Below, piece after piece: positions 24,332-38,000 of a DNA stretch of 56,641 nt; positions within the stretch are counted from its first letter, which is position 1; the number at the start of each line of letters is the position of its first letter. The position numbers and the translations under genes are program-made. A model generated the notes under the pieces. That model made no database searches. It was given only the letters and a program-made list of their open reading frames with translations, and was not told the DNA's origin. This DNA comes from Azolla caroliniana (lineage: Eukaryota > Plantae > Polypodiophyta), in assembly GCA_043228905.1 (NCBI GenBank), contig JBHGNT010000190.1, positions 1 to 56,641 of the forward strand. The letters run 5' to 3'.

Positions 24332-24711
24332 TAGGGATCGGCAACGGCTCGGCTCAAGCCTAAACCGTTTGGCTTAGCCGGCTTAAAGCGGCTTAGCGGC
24401 TCGGCTCGGCTCGGTTTAAGCTTGAACTTGCCTTAACGGTTTGAGCTCGGCTCAAGCCGTCTAAGCCGTTTAGAAACTCGAGAGAGAGAGAGGGGGGGAG
24501 AGAGAGAAAGAGAGGGAGGGAGGGAGACAACAGACAAGGGGGGGGGGGGGGGGGGGGGGAGAGAGAGAGAGAGAAAGGTTTCCAAACCGGTTTCCAAGTC
24601 GTTTACCAAACCGGTTCAGGTTTGAGATCCCCAAAACGATTTAGGCTTAGCCGGTTTGGTTTGGATCATGCCAAACCGGCTACGCCTAAACCGAACCGTT
24701 GTTGATCCCTA
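24332..24711. mobile_element. Non-autonomous hAT-type DNA transposon (MITE/Ds-like), 380 bp
   Basis: Imperfect ~21-bp TIRs: TAGGGATCGGCAACGGCTCGG, and the reverse complement of CCGAACCGTTGTTGATCCCTA. 8-bp TSD CTCCACAC at 24324-24331 and 24712-24719. Many subterminal AAACCG/CGGTTT motifs. An 8-bp TSD and TAGGGAT ends are hAT hallmarks. Confidence 0.9.
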
Positions 24712-25647
24712 CTCCACACCCAAAAAAACAAAACAAACAAAAAGCTAGCACCTTTGAAAACAATAGGGGTAGGGCTAGGAAGCCACCTAACAATAGGAAA
24801 TTGCACGGATTGAGATCCTCCCTCTCTTCATTACGAAGAACTGGCAGATTCAGGTGACAATTATCCAGTTGAACCTAGAAATCCTTGTTCCAATAAACAC
24901 AATGATAATCGTAAGGGTCAAGGTCACCCTGCCCTCCGAAAACTATTAACTAATTGATAATGTGTTCAAAGAAAACATTTGGATATGAATTCCCGAAACT
25001 TGGCTTAAAATCAATGGATTCCATTTTAGGTGGCTCGTGTGCAATTTGAGCATTGTGGTTGGATTTCTTAAACCCATTGCGTCCACTTTTTGTATGATGA
25101 GAATATATAAATGACTTAAGTATATAGGACCGTGAAATTGATTTTGTTGGGTGAATCATTGTTTGAGTTAAAAACCTTCACAATATCATTCTATTTCTTC
25201 TAGTCCATTGTATCAAGTGTCAAATTTCAACTTTTCCATCCCTTGTTCAGACTCATACATAGTTTCATATGGTATGAGAACCAACGTATCCACAACATCA
25301 GTGCTTTTTTTTATTATAAAAGATTCACCTCGGTATTAATGAAAAGATGCCCAAAGGCTACAAAGAACTCATTAGGAAAACATAAGCATCATACTCTCAT
25401 CAACCAACATGTCGAATAGCAATATGAGTGCTTTATTAAACCAATTACATGATAAATAGTGTTGGGATAGACACGAATATTGGGTGAACAATCAAACGCA
25501 ACATCCACTTGTCTACGTACAAACCATATTGACAAGCATAGCAACAACTGTGCTCATTCATCTTAATGTACATAGTAGTGAGAAGATTAGTAACAACAAG
25601 GACGCAAAGTGACTTGTGGCAATCCACAATCTAACAACCAAAAGAGC

Positions 25648-25711
25648 AAAACATTTAAAGGTTTAAACTAATGGAGTATATTCTTTTTTGGTAAAAAAAC
25701 ATTTAAAGGTT
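25648..25711 (+). mobile_element. Micro-retroposition: 32-nt insert resembling a LINE extreme 3' end, flanked by a 16-bp direct repeat
   Basis: AAAACATTTAAAGGTT at 25648-25663 and 25696-25711 flanks TAAACTAATGGAGTATATTCTTTTTTGGTAAA. The insert shares AACTAATGG...TTTGG + A-run with the LINE tail. Confidence 0.5.
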
Positions 25712-25719
25712 ATCATGTT

Positions 25720-25915
25720 AATTGACAATGATGTCAACTAAATTGACAAACAACATCACCAACTAGCACAAGCAACAAGGCCAATGAATGATGTTAATGT
25801 CTAGTATCTCATAACAAAATTGACAATGATGTCTACTAAATTGACAAACAACATCACCAACTAGCACAAGCAACAAGGCAAATGAATGATGTTAATATCT
25901 AGTATCTCATAACAA
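25720..25915 (+). repeat. 98-bp tandem duplication
   Basis: ATTGACAATGATGTC.ACTAAATTGACAAACAACATCACCAACTAGCACAAGC...CTAGTATCTCATAACAA starts at 25721 and 25819, with few mismatches. Confidence 0.92.
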
Positions 25916-28900
25916 TGAGCAACGTTGATGGTTAGCAAGTGATGATGGCAATTGGCCAAGATATTTAGAGAAAATAGTAGGGTAATAAAAAATGTCTCAT
26001 TTATGTTTGAGTCTAAAATTCAAAATGAAACTATTTTATGGTAATTTTGTAACCTAGCCATAGGAACACGTCACTTAATTCACCTCGACTTGGCAATATA
26101 TAATCATCTTCTCGCCCTCTTCCTCGTGTTTGAGTCGTCATAGGTTTCACACCTAGAAGGTATACATTGATCCTTACGTATGTATATTTATCATTTTGGA
26201 ACTACCACAGTCTTCACATTTCGTCATTTTCTAATCATGTTTTATACTTTTTACTCTTATTTGTCTTTTTATATCCACATTCTGAAAAGAACTTATTGGA
26301 AAGATAAAATAATAATACATTTCAGGTGCTTTTGTCATTTGAAATAGCTAATTGGCTTTTTTGTGCAATATCGTTGTTGTTGGTTAGCTTCACACACTTG
26401 GAAGTTGGGATCTCTGAAAAGAAAAATCCAAGATATGGCATAAAGTGGTGCATAAAGTGCTCTTCTCAAGAACACAACAATCTCAATATTATGATGAACA
26501 TTTCATAATTTGCATGATTGCTAATGAATGATCCTAACTATGGAATCGTTGAGTTCCATATGGAGAAATATTCATTGAATCATGAAAATAGATGAACATG
26601 CCAATAGCATATTAGGTGCTAAAGGTAAGGTTATTTAGCATTGCCTTTAATTTTATCATAAACAAGTAAAACGCATAAACTTGATGGCATAGTGCTAGGC
26701 CATATGCATCATAAACTTAAGGTTATTGGTCAAGTCATAAAGGAATAGGCCGCATGTTACGCTCGTACGTACTTCAACTTTGAGATCATTATACTACCCC
26801 TTTTTCTCAATAAAAAATATTCTTTATAAACTTTTTTAACTTTTAGGTCACTACACTAGCACATTGAGTTCTTAAACTTTATGCACATTGCTAAGCAAGT
26901 CATAGCGTGTTGAAGTACAATTCTAAAAGTAGTGCCTTTATAGGTTGTATTAATTGACTTTAGACTTGGCCACAAATTATTGCTCACAATTTCATAAGGG
27001 TATAAAATACAATATTGTCTAAGTCAAATTTCAAATTTCAAATAAGTTGTGCTAACTTAAGGTTTGTGGTTATACCTTAGGTTCGTAGAGGTCAATTTTT
27101 AGAACGAGCATCATGCATTTGCTTATGAAAATAGGGCTTTACAACATTCACATTTTACACATTTTCTATAATATGGCTTTATAACATTCCTAATTGACTC
27201 ATTTTCTATCATATGAATAGGAAAATCATATTTACAAGTCGGTGCTAAAAACATTTATGGCTTTAAGACATACACAGTAACACTTTCCTACTAAACAATG
27301 GCTTTCCAATTTTATTTTGCACTACAACCCAAATGTTGCCAATGATATTGTCACCTATTAAAACATAATGCTAAAAAGTAGATAATATTGGAATATAAAT
27401 AGATTAAGTGTATCCTCTCATACATTGTTAATGATATGCCACCAACGTTGATTGAAACCCTCAAAGCCCATCATCCATATTAACAAGGCTCGAGACTTAT
27501 GAGAAAAGTCTTCAAAGTTTCACCATATTGTTGAATATAACCTCTTGCATTTACATATGATTGTAAGGTAGACTCTACTAATTAGTTGCCTTAATGCATA
27601 TTATGCATTCGCGTGTGCACAAACTATTTTTTGTTTGTTGAGTTTGTAACCTCATACATTGATCCACCATTGTCAAAGAAATTTCTATATAGATGTTTTT
27701 GTGGGTGTTCCTCTTGATAGATTCTACTAATGTTTAGTAGTTACAAGTTGTTGATTTGATTAATCACTTTTGTTTATCTATATGCTTGACCTAGGCTACC
27801 CAAATCACAAGTATTATCGTGATATTCATTGACCCTTGGTAGTTGCACTTCGTATCCAAAGATCTCCCTTGCAACGCTTAGTTGAGTTCACCTTTGTGTT
27901 GTCAAGCATTAAATTCGTGAGGTTGATGATCTCATATGACATTGGTCCCTTACTATTTATACATTTTCAAATGAGTGTGACCATAAACTTCCAAGCTTTT
28001 TACGTCTTGTGGCAAGACATCTTGTGATTTATTTGAAGATATACTTGAGCAATAACTTTTAGTTTTCATCTTGGATAAACCACATTCAACTACGCGAAAA
28101 AAATGTGGACAATTGTATCACTCGTGAAAGAATTAAAGTGATGACATGCAAATTTGTGTCTCAACCAACAATATTTTCTCACATGTGGAAATGGTATGAG
28201 GACGAGAGGCATTCATTATCGCATTCTAGATAGACCAATGGGAGGAACCAATAGAGATCGTTTGGATGTCACGCCATGCAAATTTACTTTAACACATTTT
28301 TTAATGGTAGTAAATACTTTTAACATTTTAAAGAACTAATTGGACAATTCTAGAGACTACACAAGGGCTTAACAATGTTGTGTATTTATCCTTCTTTGTC
28401 CACATATTTCCATCTCTTTGTGCTCTAATTCACTTGTGTGAAGTGATAGATAGTCACGGTGATAGAGATCAATGTAGCCTTGTGCAACATTCTTAAACGG
28501 TGGATGCAATAAATGTAACATCATATGAAGTTGGACGACATCATGACCATGGACATGATAGCGTAAATTAGTTGAAAACAATATTGCGGTATAGAGTGGG
28601 CATCAATCTCAATAAGCAATTTGAAGAAAAATTAGATGAACTTTAGGCATGCATCAATGATGCAAAAGATGTCTTAAAGACCATGTGTTGCCATAGAACC
28701 ACTATGCTAATTTGTCAATAAACTTAGGGAGAAGGATGAACATGATGCACAAAGGCCAATAGTTCGGTCTTCAACGATGCAAACATGTGTTGTTTTGCAA
28801 CGATGTGGATAAAATCCTTTCACTTCATAGGATATGGAGGCTATAAATGAGAACCATTATCGTGATGAGAATGACACTTTCCCTCATGATTCCAATGATC

Positions 28901-30255
28901 ATTTGTTCACTCGGGTCCCATGTAGTGGTATATTTTAGTTTGCCCAAAATGTTTTTGTACTCCAAATACGTAGCCAGGTGTAACTCTCCATGTTTTGATA
29001 TATACAATCATGAAATTGTTTTACGCCAATGTTTGTGTAGTGCATCAAGATTTGCATGTTTTATGTTCTAACCCAAGTAATTTTGGAAATTTATGAGTAA
29101 ACAAACCCATGTATTTATTGGTCATACATGGAGTGTTGGCTCATATGAGTCATTAGATTTAATGAATGTGGTTGCATTGTTCATGATAGAACGATACTCA
29201 ACCTTTTTTCGTCTCTTTGATTTATTGATCTCAAACCTTTAACCTTGATCACAAAACCATTTGAATCTCATCAACCCCTGCCCCTTTACACGCGACTCAT
29301 ACCTTGTGGGATTCATATTGTTTGGAGGGCTCCATGTGTCATTTCATGACCAAACTTAACCACCTCACACAAATTGAAGTTCATGGTGGCACATTTATGA
29401 TGTTGAGTATACAAAGAAGCAAGAATCCATGTGGCAAGTTTAAGAAGAAATGATATGCATCTCCAGTGATTGGATTTCAAGAGCAAATGTGTGCAAGCAA
29501 ATATGTATATTTGAGTATTGTTTTAATGTTTCTTTAAGATTCCACATCAAAATCTTAAAAAAAACGGCTCTTTGTGGTTGTGAAAAACTTTATAAGATTT
29601 CATGTGTTTATGCTCTTCAAATGATATGATTTGTTTCCTTAGAGGGCTCATTTGCATTTCCTTAGGATCATCACGTTCAAAACCATTGTATTAGACACTT
29701 TGGATATGTACATTCACCCCATCTTGTTGATGTTCATGCATAAGTAGGTACTTTACAATCATATCCCAACTTTTATGGTACTCCTATGACACTCCAATTT
29801 TGGTCTTCTTGACCATCATAATAGGGTTCTACTCAACAATGCAATAACTAGAGAGTGTGAGTTGACAAGATGTTCCATTCTCGGAACCTCGCAAGCAGGC
29901 ATCAAATTTCCACCAAAAAAAAGAAACAAAGAAAAGCCAAATGAGCCAACACCATGCATTAAACATGGTTGTTGCTAGATTGTTTTTTGGTTTAAGATGA
30001 GTGGACAGGTTGATGAGAGAAGTGATACATGAGATAGCAAAAAAAACAAAACATGAGAGAAGTGAGACATGAATGCTCGAAGACAACAACGAGATTTCTT
30101 CGTCTTCTTCTTCTTCTTCTTCTTCTGCTTTACCCCCACCACTCAAGTGAATGACCCATCTCATCATTTGGTTTGCATTTCCATCCTTTTTTTTGCTTAC
30201 GGGTCGACATCATGGGATATGGGCTACTCCTCTCCTCTCCATGCCACCATCCAAG

Positions 30256-30399
30256 ACTCTCTCTCTCTCTCTCTTTCGGGCCAAGTCTAGGCAATGTCAT
30301 AATAGGAGGTGAGAGAAGGTGAACTCACCCCTTGCCGCACCTCTATGAATTGTCTCCCACCACCACCAAGCTCTAGTTCTCTCTCTCTCTCTCTCTCAT

Positions 30400-30435
<36 letters not shown>

Positions 30436-30900
30436 CCACACACTCTCTCACATACACTACCCAAACACTCTCTCTCTCTCTCACACACACACCCCTACAC
30501 ACTCTCACATACACTACACAACACACACACACTCTCTCTCACACACACACACACTGTCTCTCTCTCTCTCTCACACACACAATACACAACACACACTCTC
30601 TCTCACATACACACACAACACACACTCTGTGTGTGTGTGTGTGTCTATTTCTCTTTCTCGTGTTCTGCCTGCCTGCCTGCCTGCGGACAAGAAGTACTCT
30701 CTACTCTCTCTGTCGTAGCAAAGTAAGCTACACACACACACACACACACACACTCTCTCTCTCTCTCTCTATCTCTTTCTATCTCTACCCCTCCATTCTC
30801 TCTCTCTCTCTTCTCTGTCCACACACATCCCCCCTCCCCTCTCTGCACAGACAAGATTCTCTCTCTCTCTCTCTCTCTCTCCACCCCCCCCCCGCCCCTA
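30256..30900. repeat. Compound (CT)n/(CA)n microsatellite field upstream of the CIP7-like gene
   Basis: Alternating CT, CA, GT and CTGC runs, seen directly. Confidence 0.9.
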
Positions 30901-31137
30901 GGACCTGATCCCTCCACAATTTCTTTACTCGGACAGATCGATCCTCTTGCTCTTCCTTCCTTCCCGAGAATATTCATTCCCCTTCCCTCCTTTCCTTTGT
31001 TGGAAACTCCACACCACCATTGCTTCTCTCTCACACGAGCTTTCTACTTCTTATGCTGCCCCAGAGCAACGGAAAGCTGCACGATCTGCCCACACTATCT
31101 GTATATCTAATCATTTCCTGGCTCGACGACAACCATG

Positions 31138-34100
31138 ATGAAGAGTGACACTCCACTAGATTATGCTGAGATTCTTATCTCCCAATCTCGCACCAGGCAA
31201 GTTCTCTGGACCGTTCAACGCACACATGCCACATGTTCTTCACTTCTTAGAATTGTGATCCTTTGGCCCTGTAATACAATATACCAGATTTTTTTATGTA
31301 TACGGATCTTTTTGGTTTGATCTAGGTGCGAGCTCTACATATGTGCCATGGATGATGGAGTGAGGGAGAAGCTAGCTTCTGCACACACCAAACCCTTTTT
31401 AGCACACTTAAGAGCTGCACAGTTGCAATTTGCAAGAGGAGAGTCAATCATCAGGTTGGAGCCACGCTCAAGTTCAAGAAGCAATTGTACATGGTTCACC
31501 AAAGCCACATTGGAGAGGTACCAACCAATCTATCTAATAACACATCCCACATTTCTTTATTTAGTCTAATTCCACGTTTATCAACATCAATAACCTTCAT
31601 CGGCACCATCTTAGTCACATGTAATTCAAGGCAAGTCTTACCATCTAGCTCCCAGAAATTCCCCCTTTTTAGTATTGCATGCTTACAAGGATCATGGACT
31701 TATTCAGAGGTGCCCATGTATTATGTATCCAGCCACTCTATTAGATGCTTCACAGGGTGATCCATAAAGTCTAGGATGGCAACAGGCAGCAACTAATGGT
31801 TGGAATATGTTTTACATGCAAAGGTTCGTGCATTTTGTGAGCATGCCAGAGGTGTTGGAACGAGTTAAGAATGTAGGGGACGAACTCACTCAATTGGAAC
31901 AGGTTCGGGTTGCTCTTTCCAGGACATTTTCGCAGGTATGAGCTTAAATAAATCTTTTATGCATCTAGTTTCTTTAGGTTTTGTGAGTTGATGGATCAAA
32001 TTCTTTACTTGCAAGTCAGGAGGGAACAAAATTTGCACCTGCACCAGCTGCTATGGTTTCGCCTGCAGGTGTGTACAATGAAATCTCTTTTAGACTGTAT
32101 ATAAATAATTGTGCATCTTGGCCCTTGGACTGTCTTTAACATAAATAATGATCAATATTTGTGAGCTTAATGATCCTTCATTCCTGATCATTAGACTTCA
32201 TGAGTACTAAAAATAAAGATCATTGCTTTTGTGAGGTTGCGGGAGGAATGTACGGTTATCTGATTCTGTTTCAATCAAGGATCCAATAGAGTAAGGGTTC
32301 ACAAAACCAGAAGACCAATGATGCTGCTTCTTTAGATCTATCTCCATATTGCTCAATACCCCTGAAATGTTAAATGTATAAACTTGCCTGTTGACGCAAA
32401 CCTCCTTATGTAGTGGCAAGAGATAATTTTGGAGAGTTCTTATCTTTGCAGTGTATTGCACAATAATTAAAGGCTCATTATGATCTGCATTGTGAGAATT
32501 CCAATTCCTAGCTATAGCTCTGCATTGTAAACAGAAACACATTTTATTACAAGGACTTGGATTGATAAAAATCCTGGCTACTAGTTGACAAATGTAAAGA
32601 AGAAGGCTGTTTTATCACTAGGGGCTTTGTTTTAATTGATTTATGTTGTGTCTGGCTGCAGATGTGTATCAGGAGGAGGGCAGCATGTTGATGGTATGAA
32701 TAATTTGAATAACATACTTTTTTGATTGCCACAGTTTCAAAATGTTTTCTTTTCAGTTTTTACGGAGAGATAGGAAAGAACAAAAGAGAGAATGAGGAGG
32801 AAATCAACTTTATGTCCATGGAATGCATCTGGGACCAAGAGCTGGTACACCAAATCAATACAATCCACTAGGGAAAACCAAGGATTTGGTTACAGTTTTG
32901 ACGATGATGTTGATAAGTCTTAGATGCCAAATAACTAGTGTTTCTTGAATGTAGCATTCAAGTAGGCTTAGGTTACAGAAATTACTCTTTCATTGCTGCC
33001 CTCAAAATAGACACTTCATTTTCCAGCATGTTGAGATTCATGCCTTCACTACTTCAACACTTTTGAAGTTTCCGGGGAGGGAGTCCGAGTTATCCAAAGC
33101 TTGGTACCATGTCACAACTTTGCTCATTGGAGAACACTCATCCTTCTTAGCATATATTGTTTCCCTCTCTTATTGATGAAACATACATTTCATAGGTCAA
33201 TAAGAGAAAGGATCTTGCTGAGTCTCTTTATCAGAATATCCATGCTTATGACTTGCAAGGTATTCATCGATGATTTCTGGCTAACGCAACCTTCTGCATG
33301 TTCCTCGGAGACACGTAACAATTCTGTTCATTTTTTTTTCTTCCTTGATATATTTCACATGGCCTCTTTGGTATGACTGTTCTTCATTTCTTCCTTGACT
33401 TATAATGAATTATGATGTGCCTTCATAAATATGCTCTAGGACTTCTTGAACAAAAAAAGAGAAGACAGTCTACTTTGTATTTAGATGGGTCCTAGCTTAT
33501 TGTCCTGTGCAGCTTCTATTGTGACCAAGAGGAACTATAAGCTCAAGCTTCGACTCAGTAATGGTCCAATTGCTGTGGTGAGAGCACATACATAAGATTG
33601 CGTACACATGGTTACTAAGTCAGACGACCCCATCTTTCATGATCTCAAGCTTTGATGCAATAATGGTTTTGTCAGTGTAGTGAGTATGGATATAAGACTT
33701 CGTGTTGACGGAGACGAGTCTATTTGCATCAATGGCGGTGATGAAAGTATTTTCTTTTCTTGCAGTATGGATAGTTCTTTTTGTCAGTGTAGTGAGAGTA
33801 TGAATATAAGACTTCTTGTCGATGAAGGCAAGTTTATTTGCATCAATGCCTGTCATACCATAAGAAAATGATAATTTCAGCTTCATAGTGGCTTGCTGTT
33901 GATATTGCTCAGTCATTTAAATGCTTAGAACCTATCATGGTTCAACACTTAGTGCTCTCCTGGTAATGAAGCTTGAAATAGATCAAGTGGCAATTGCCAG
34001 AGTGCAGACAATACAGTAATTCCCAACCATTAGAGATGATCATATCCTCATCACTCTTGAATCAGGATTAAAAAGAAACTCTCAAGTCTATATTAAAAAG

Positions 34101-34949
34101 AAACTCTGGATTCTATGTGGAAAAGCCTGGAGGTAGCTGTGCAAAATGCTATTTCAAAGTCATATAGGCAGATCGTGGCCTCTAAAACAATGTAAACCAA
34201 GATGATTAGATAGTAGCATTTGATATTCATGATGCACATCAATGACATATATGATAAGTTGATTGAAGATAGAGGGTGTTAGTGGTGATGCATTGGCTAC
34301 TGGCACATTACTGGATTTATACAATGGTAGCCTTGAGTTTTGGACGCAAAATGACAATTTCATCTTCCATTTTGTGCAAAACAGTGCCTCTGGCGGGCAA
34401 TGGGGGGCAGATTGTCTTTGGGGAGTGGCTTTAAAATGCTGGCCCATTTCAGATGGGATTGGTTTTTTTTAATGTAGTGATTGAAGAGGATACTAGGCAC
34501 AAAGTGCTTACATGCCAAGCTACTAATTTCAGGCATTTTGAACTGGGAACATTTTCTGACCCTTTCAAAGGGCTTTCATTCATGGAGCCAAAGCTTTACC
34601 CTCGCCATTGTATAAGGCTCTATTGGACTACCTTAGATATTGGGGTATATGGTATCATTGGAGTACAAGAAATGGTTTCTAATTCCATGGTCTCAATTTT
34701 TTATCACAAGAAGTATGTAGGCTGAAAGGAAAGTGATTTGGCAGTTTTCATAACTAAGCTCCGTGTGCATCGGTTCCTTAGAAGAGTTGTATTTATTTCA
34801 CTTAGTCTGACAGCTCCTGAGAGGGTTTACATTGACATAAGATCCTCACTTCGAAGCAGGGACAACAAGGGTTTTTTGTATTGTCATGTTGTTTTGATTT
34901 ATACATTACTTCTAGAGAGAGAAAGAGATTTTGTTTTTATCTTCAGATG

Positions 34950-35005
<56 letters not shown>

Positions 35006-38000
35006 AAAAGGAAAAAAAGTCGTGATTTTCTTCACTCAACAGGGGAGTGGATCATCAAGGGATGCTAAGAGCACAGCGGAAGCCTCCAAGTGAGTGGTAT
35101 TACAGCGGAAGCTTTATTTATGCCTAGATTTTATCTAATAAAAGTAAATGCATATGTTTTGCAGAAGAGAACTTCTTAGGGCAATGGATGTTCGTTTGGC
35201 TGCAGTAAACCAGGAACTTCATATTGCATTTTCTCGTGCTTTATCTTCTGGATTTGACAAAGACGCACTCTCTAATTTGATGGAATTTTCTCAACATTTT
35301 GGAGCACAACGTCTATGGTAACTTATTGCATGTCCATTATCTAATCTTAACAAAATTAATATTTTTAAGTTTTGTGTGATTTGTATTTATTTATCTTCCT
35401 TGTTCATCTCTCTCTTAACCTCCTGCCTTCTTCACGCTGTTGGTAAGGGGATATTTTCTTCTATTTGTAGGGATGCCTGCTTGCAGTTTATTGGTTTATC
35501 CAAAAGGATGAATATATCTCTACAACTGGACGAAGATCATGATTCTCAAACTGAAGATGATGTATCGAGTGACTCTGAGATGTCTTTGGAAAGTGGAACT
35601 GACACAGGAATAGCTACTGAAACAGATGACAGTGCGTCCTGTAGCTCAAGAGCTTTTGATTCGTGGTCAAATGTGCAAACTGATGGACTTCCTGAATCCA
35701 GAAATCCATTCAGTAGGTGGGATTCAAGTGCAGACTCATCAGGAGAAACACATATTTCTACTGGTGCTACTTCTGGTAGGGTTAGAGGTAGATGGGGCCC
35801 ACCAGAGAGGATTCAGATATTTTCTTTGGAGCCAGAAATGCAAGACTGTCAAATTCCTACCGAAGTATCAGAGATGGATCAAGATGAAAATGGAGTGTCT
35901 CATCCAAGCATGCCAACAAGAGATAGCAGTGAGCAAATTAACATCTATTATTATTCAACTACACATGATTTCTGATGGATTATCGAGTGTGCAAGCAATC
36001 ATTTAAAGCATTTTTTTTATTTTGTGGCGTGATAGGTGATGAAGAGAGCCGTTCAAATAAGTATTTATCATTTACACAGGAAGGACGTCACCCAGAATTT
36101 ACTCCCTCTCTTCCAAAGCAGCAGAGTGTTAAAAATTATGATCTTGTAGGGAACAGCACCACTTTCTTTTCCCGTTTACAAAAGATGGCACAACAAGTAG
36201 AGGCGAGAAGGTTGAGTTCAGATATGGGGATGCATTTCACTTCTCTAGGAATTACTGATGGTCCTCGATATTTTGAAGTTGGAAAATCCCCTGATCCTGC
36301 TGGCTCTGTATGTTCTTCTGAGGACAGCCATTCGGCAGCTGTCAGTGACTTCAGTGAAGATAGAATGGTTGTAGGGCCATCTTCTGAAGTAAGAAGTATA
36401 GTTAAGTTAACAAAGGAACCCCAAGTCACAGGGGAAAGCATCGGAGAATCAGAAAGTAATTTAAAAAGTAAAACAAGAGAGCAAGAAGTGATCCCAACAA
36501 GAGGTCGAGATGAAGAAGATGAACCTATCAGCACTTCATCGAGGAGGTTAAGTGTGCAAGCTGCTATTTGTCTTTTTGAAAGCAAGAAAGCAAACATAAC
36601 CAGTCCTACTGCAAAGAAGCTAGTAAGGCAGGACAATCAAAATTTACCAACATCTGAGAAAGCAGCAGTAGGACGATGGAGTGGGATAGGCCCAGCAGAT
36701 AGGGCTATACCGGATGGCACATCTGAAATGGTCTCTAGAGACCCTACAACAATTGTAGCCCAAAACACTTCAAAGAGCAGTGACGTGACAAACAATAATC
36801 ATCTTGCTGGAGGTCTGCACAAACAGTTCAAGCTAGAACTAGAAAAGAGTTTAGCAAGGAACAACCGGAATCATGGACATTTAGATGCAAATGCATCAAA
36901 TTTTTTTGGGGGATCACGATTAGTATCTGATTCAGGTGCTACAGCCTTGCCCGAAAACCGAGCATCTGAAGTTCCTCCAAAACTGACAACCATTATTTCA
37001 AAAACTTCTAATTTAATAACTCAGAGTGTGCCAAAAGATCAAGCATCTGAAATTGCTGAATGGAAATCCACTCAAGTGTTGAATTTAGCCTCTAGGAGGG
37101 ATCCAAAGGATCAAACTTCTGAAATTCATTCAACAAAGTCTCCAGACTCTTTAAATTCCAATTCAGCTAAGAAATTGGCAGAAGATCAGCCATCATCAGT
37201 CACGAAGAATTTTCAAACAGATCATATACCAGAGCTTAAACCTGTAGTCGAGACTGCAAAGAATTTCTTCAAATCGAAAAGAGTAACACAAGAAACAGAG
37301 GATATGCAGTGTGTAAAAGGAAGTGCCGCACATGAAGGAAAACTGGATTTGATGGTACAAAATAAGAAGTTGCTGCAAGGAAAGTCATTTTTAACAGAAT
37401 CTACATCAGCAAGATTAAAAGAAGGTAAAACCAATAATGGTGCGATGATCTCTTTGGGAAAAGAATTTTCTAATAAAGAGCCAAATATTAACAAGCTCAA
37501 ACATGACATAGATAGCACCGGTCAAACTGGACATAAAATTTCATCATCTGAGACACAACATAAGCTAAGCAGAAAAAACCCCACTACTTTACACGATGCT
37601 CCTATAGATTTGCATATGCAGGCTCTCGTCATGATGATCGACAATAATCATCAAAGCTCACTCCATTCAAGTAATGATAAGTCTTGCAATGAGCAAAAAG
37701 GGAGATTCTATGAGCACTATCGGCAACTTAGAGATGCAAGGCAACAAAAAGAGAATCCTGCAAAGAGAGCCGAAAGAGAAACCAAGCTTAAATGTATGAA
37801 GGAAACTCTTGATAGAAGAAAATCTGAGATGGAGACTGGAGGTCTTGGGCCCACCAATAAATCTGCAAAAGAGAAGACAATTAAAGCAGGGAATATTCAG
37901 CTCCCAAAGACAACATCTACTGAAACCCCAAAGCAGCAGGTATATATATATATTTAATCATTTTCATTTTATTATTTCCATACACCCAGATTTTTTATTA

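Noticed and set aside
24720-29800. Gene-free stretch with possible retroelement remnants (also 8850-9700 and 49900-51500)
   Set aside because: Only isolated 3-4-residue resemblances; a RepeatMasker or HMM search would be needed to classify them.
29829-31034. ORFs rich in CV/ER/SL/HT dipeptides and poly-E/F
   Set aside because: These are translations of CA/CT/CTT microsatellites, not genes.
35929-36035. Apparent frameshift/stop between ORFs 35376-35975 and 35975-37957
   Set aside because: Resolved by a GT-AG intron at 35929-36035 with matching phase, so not a pseudogene or recoding event.
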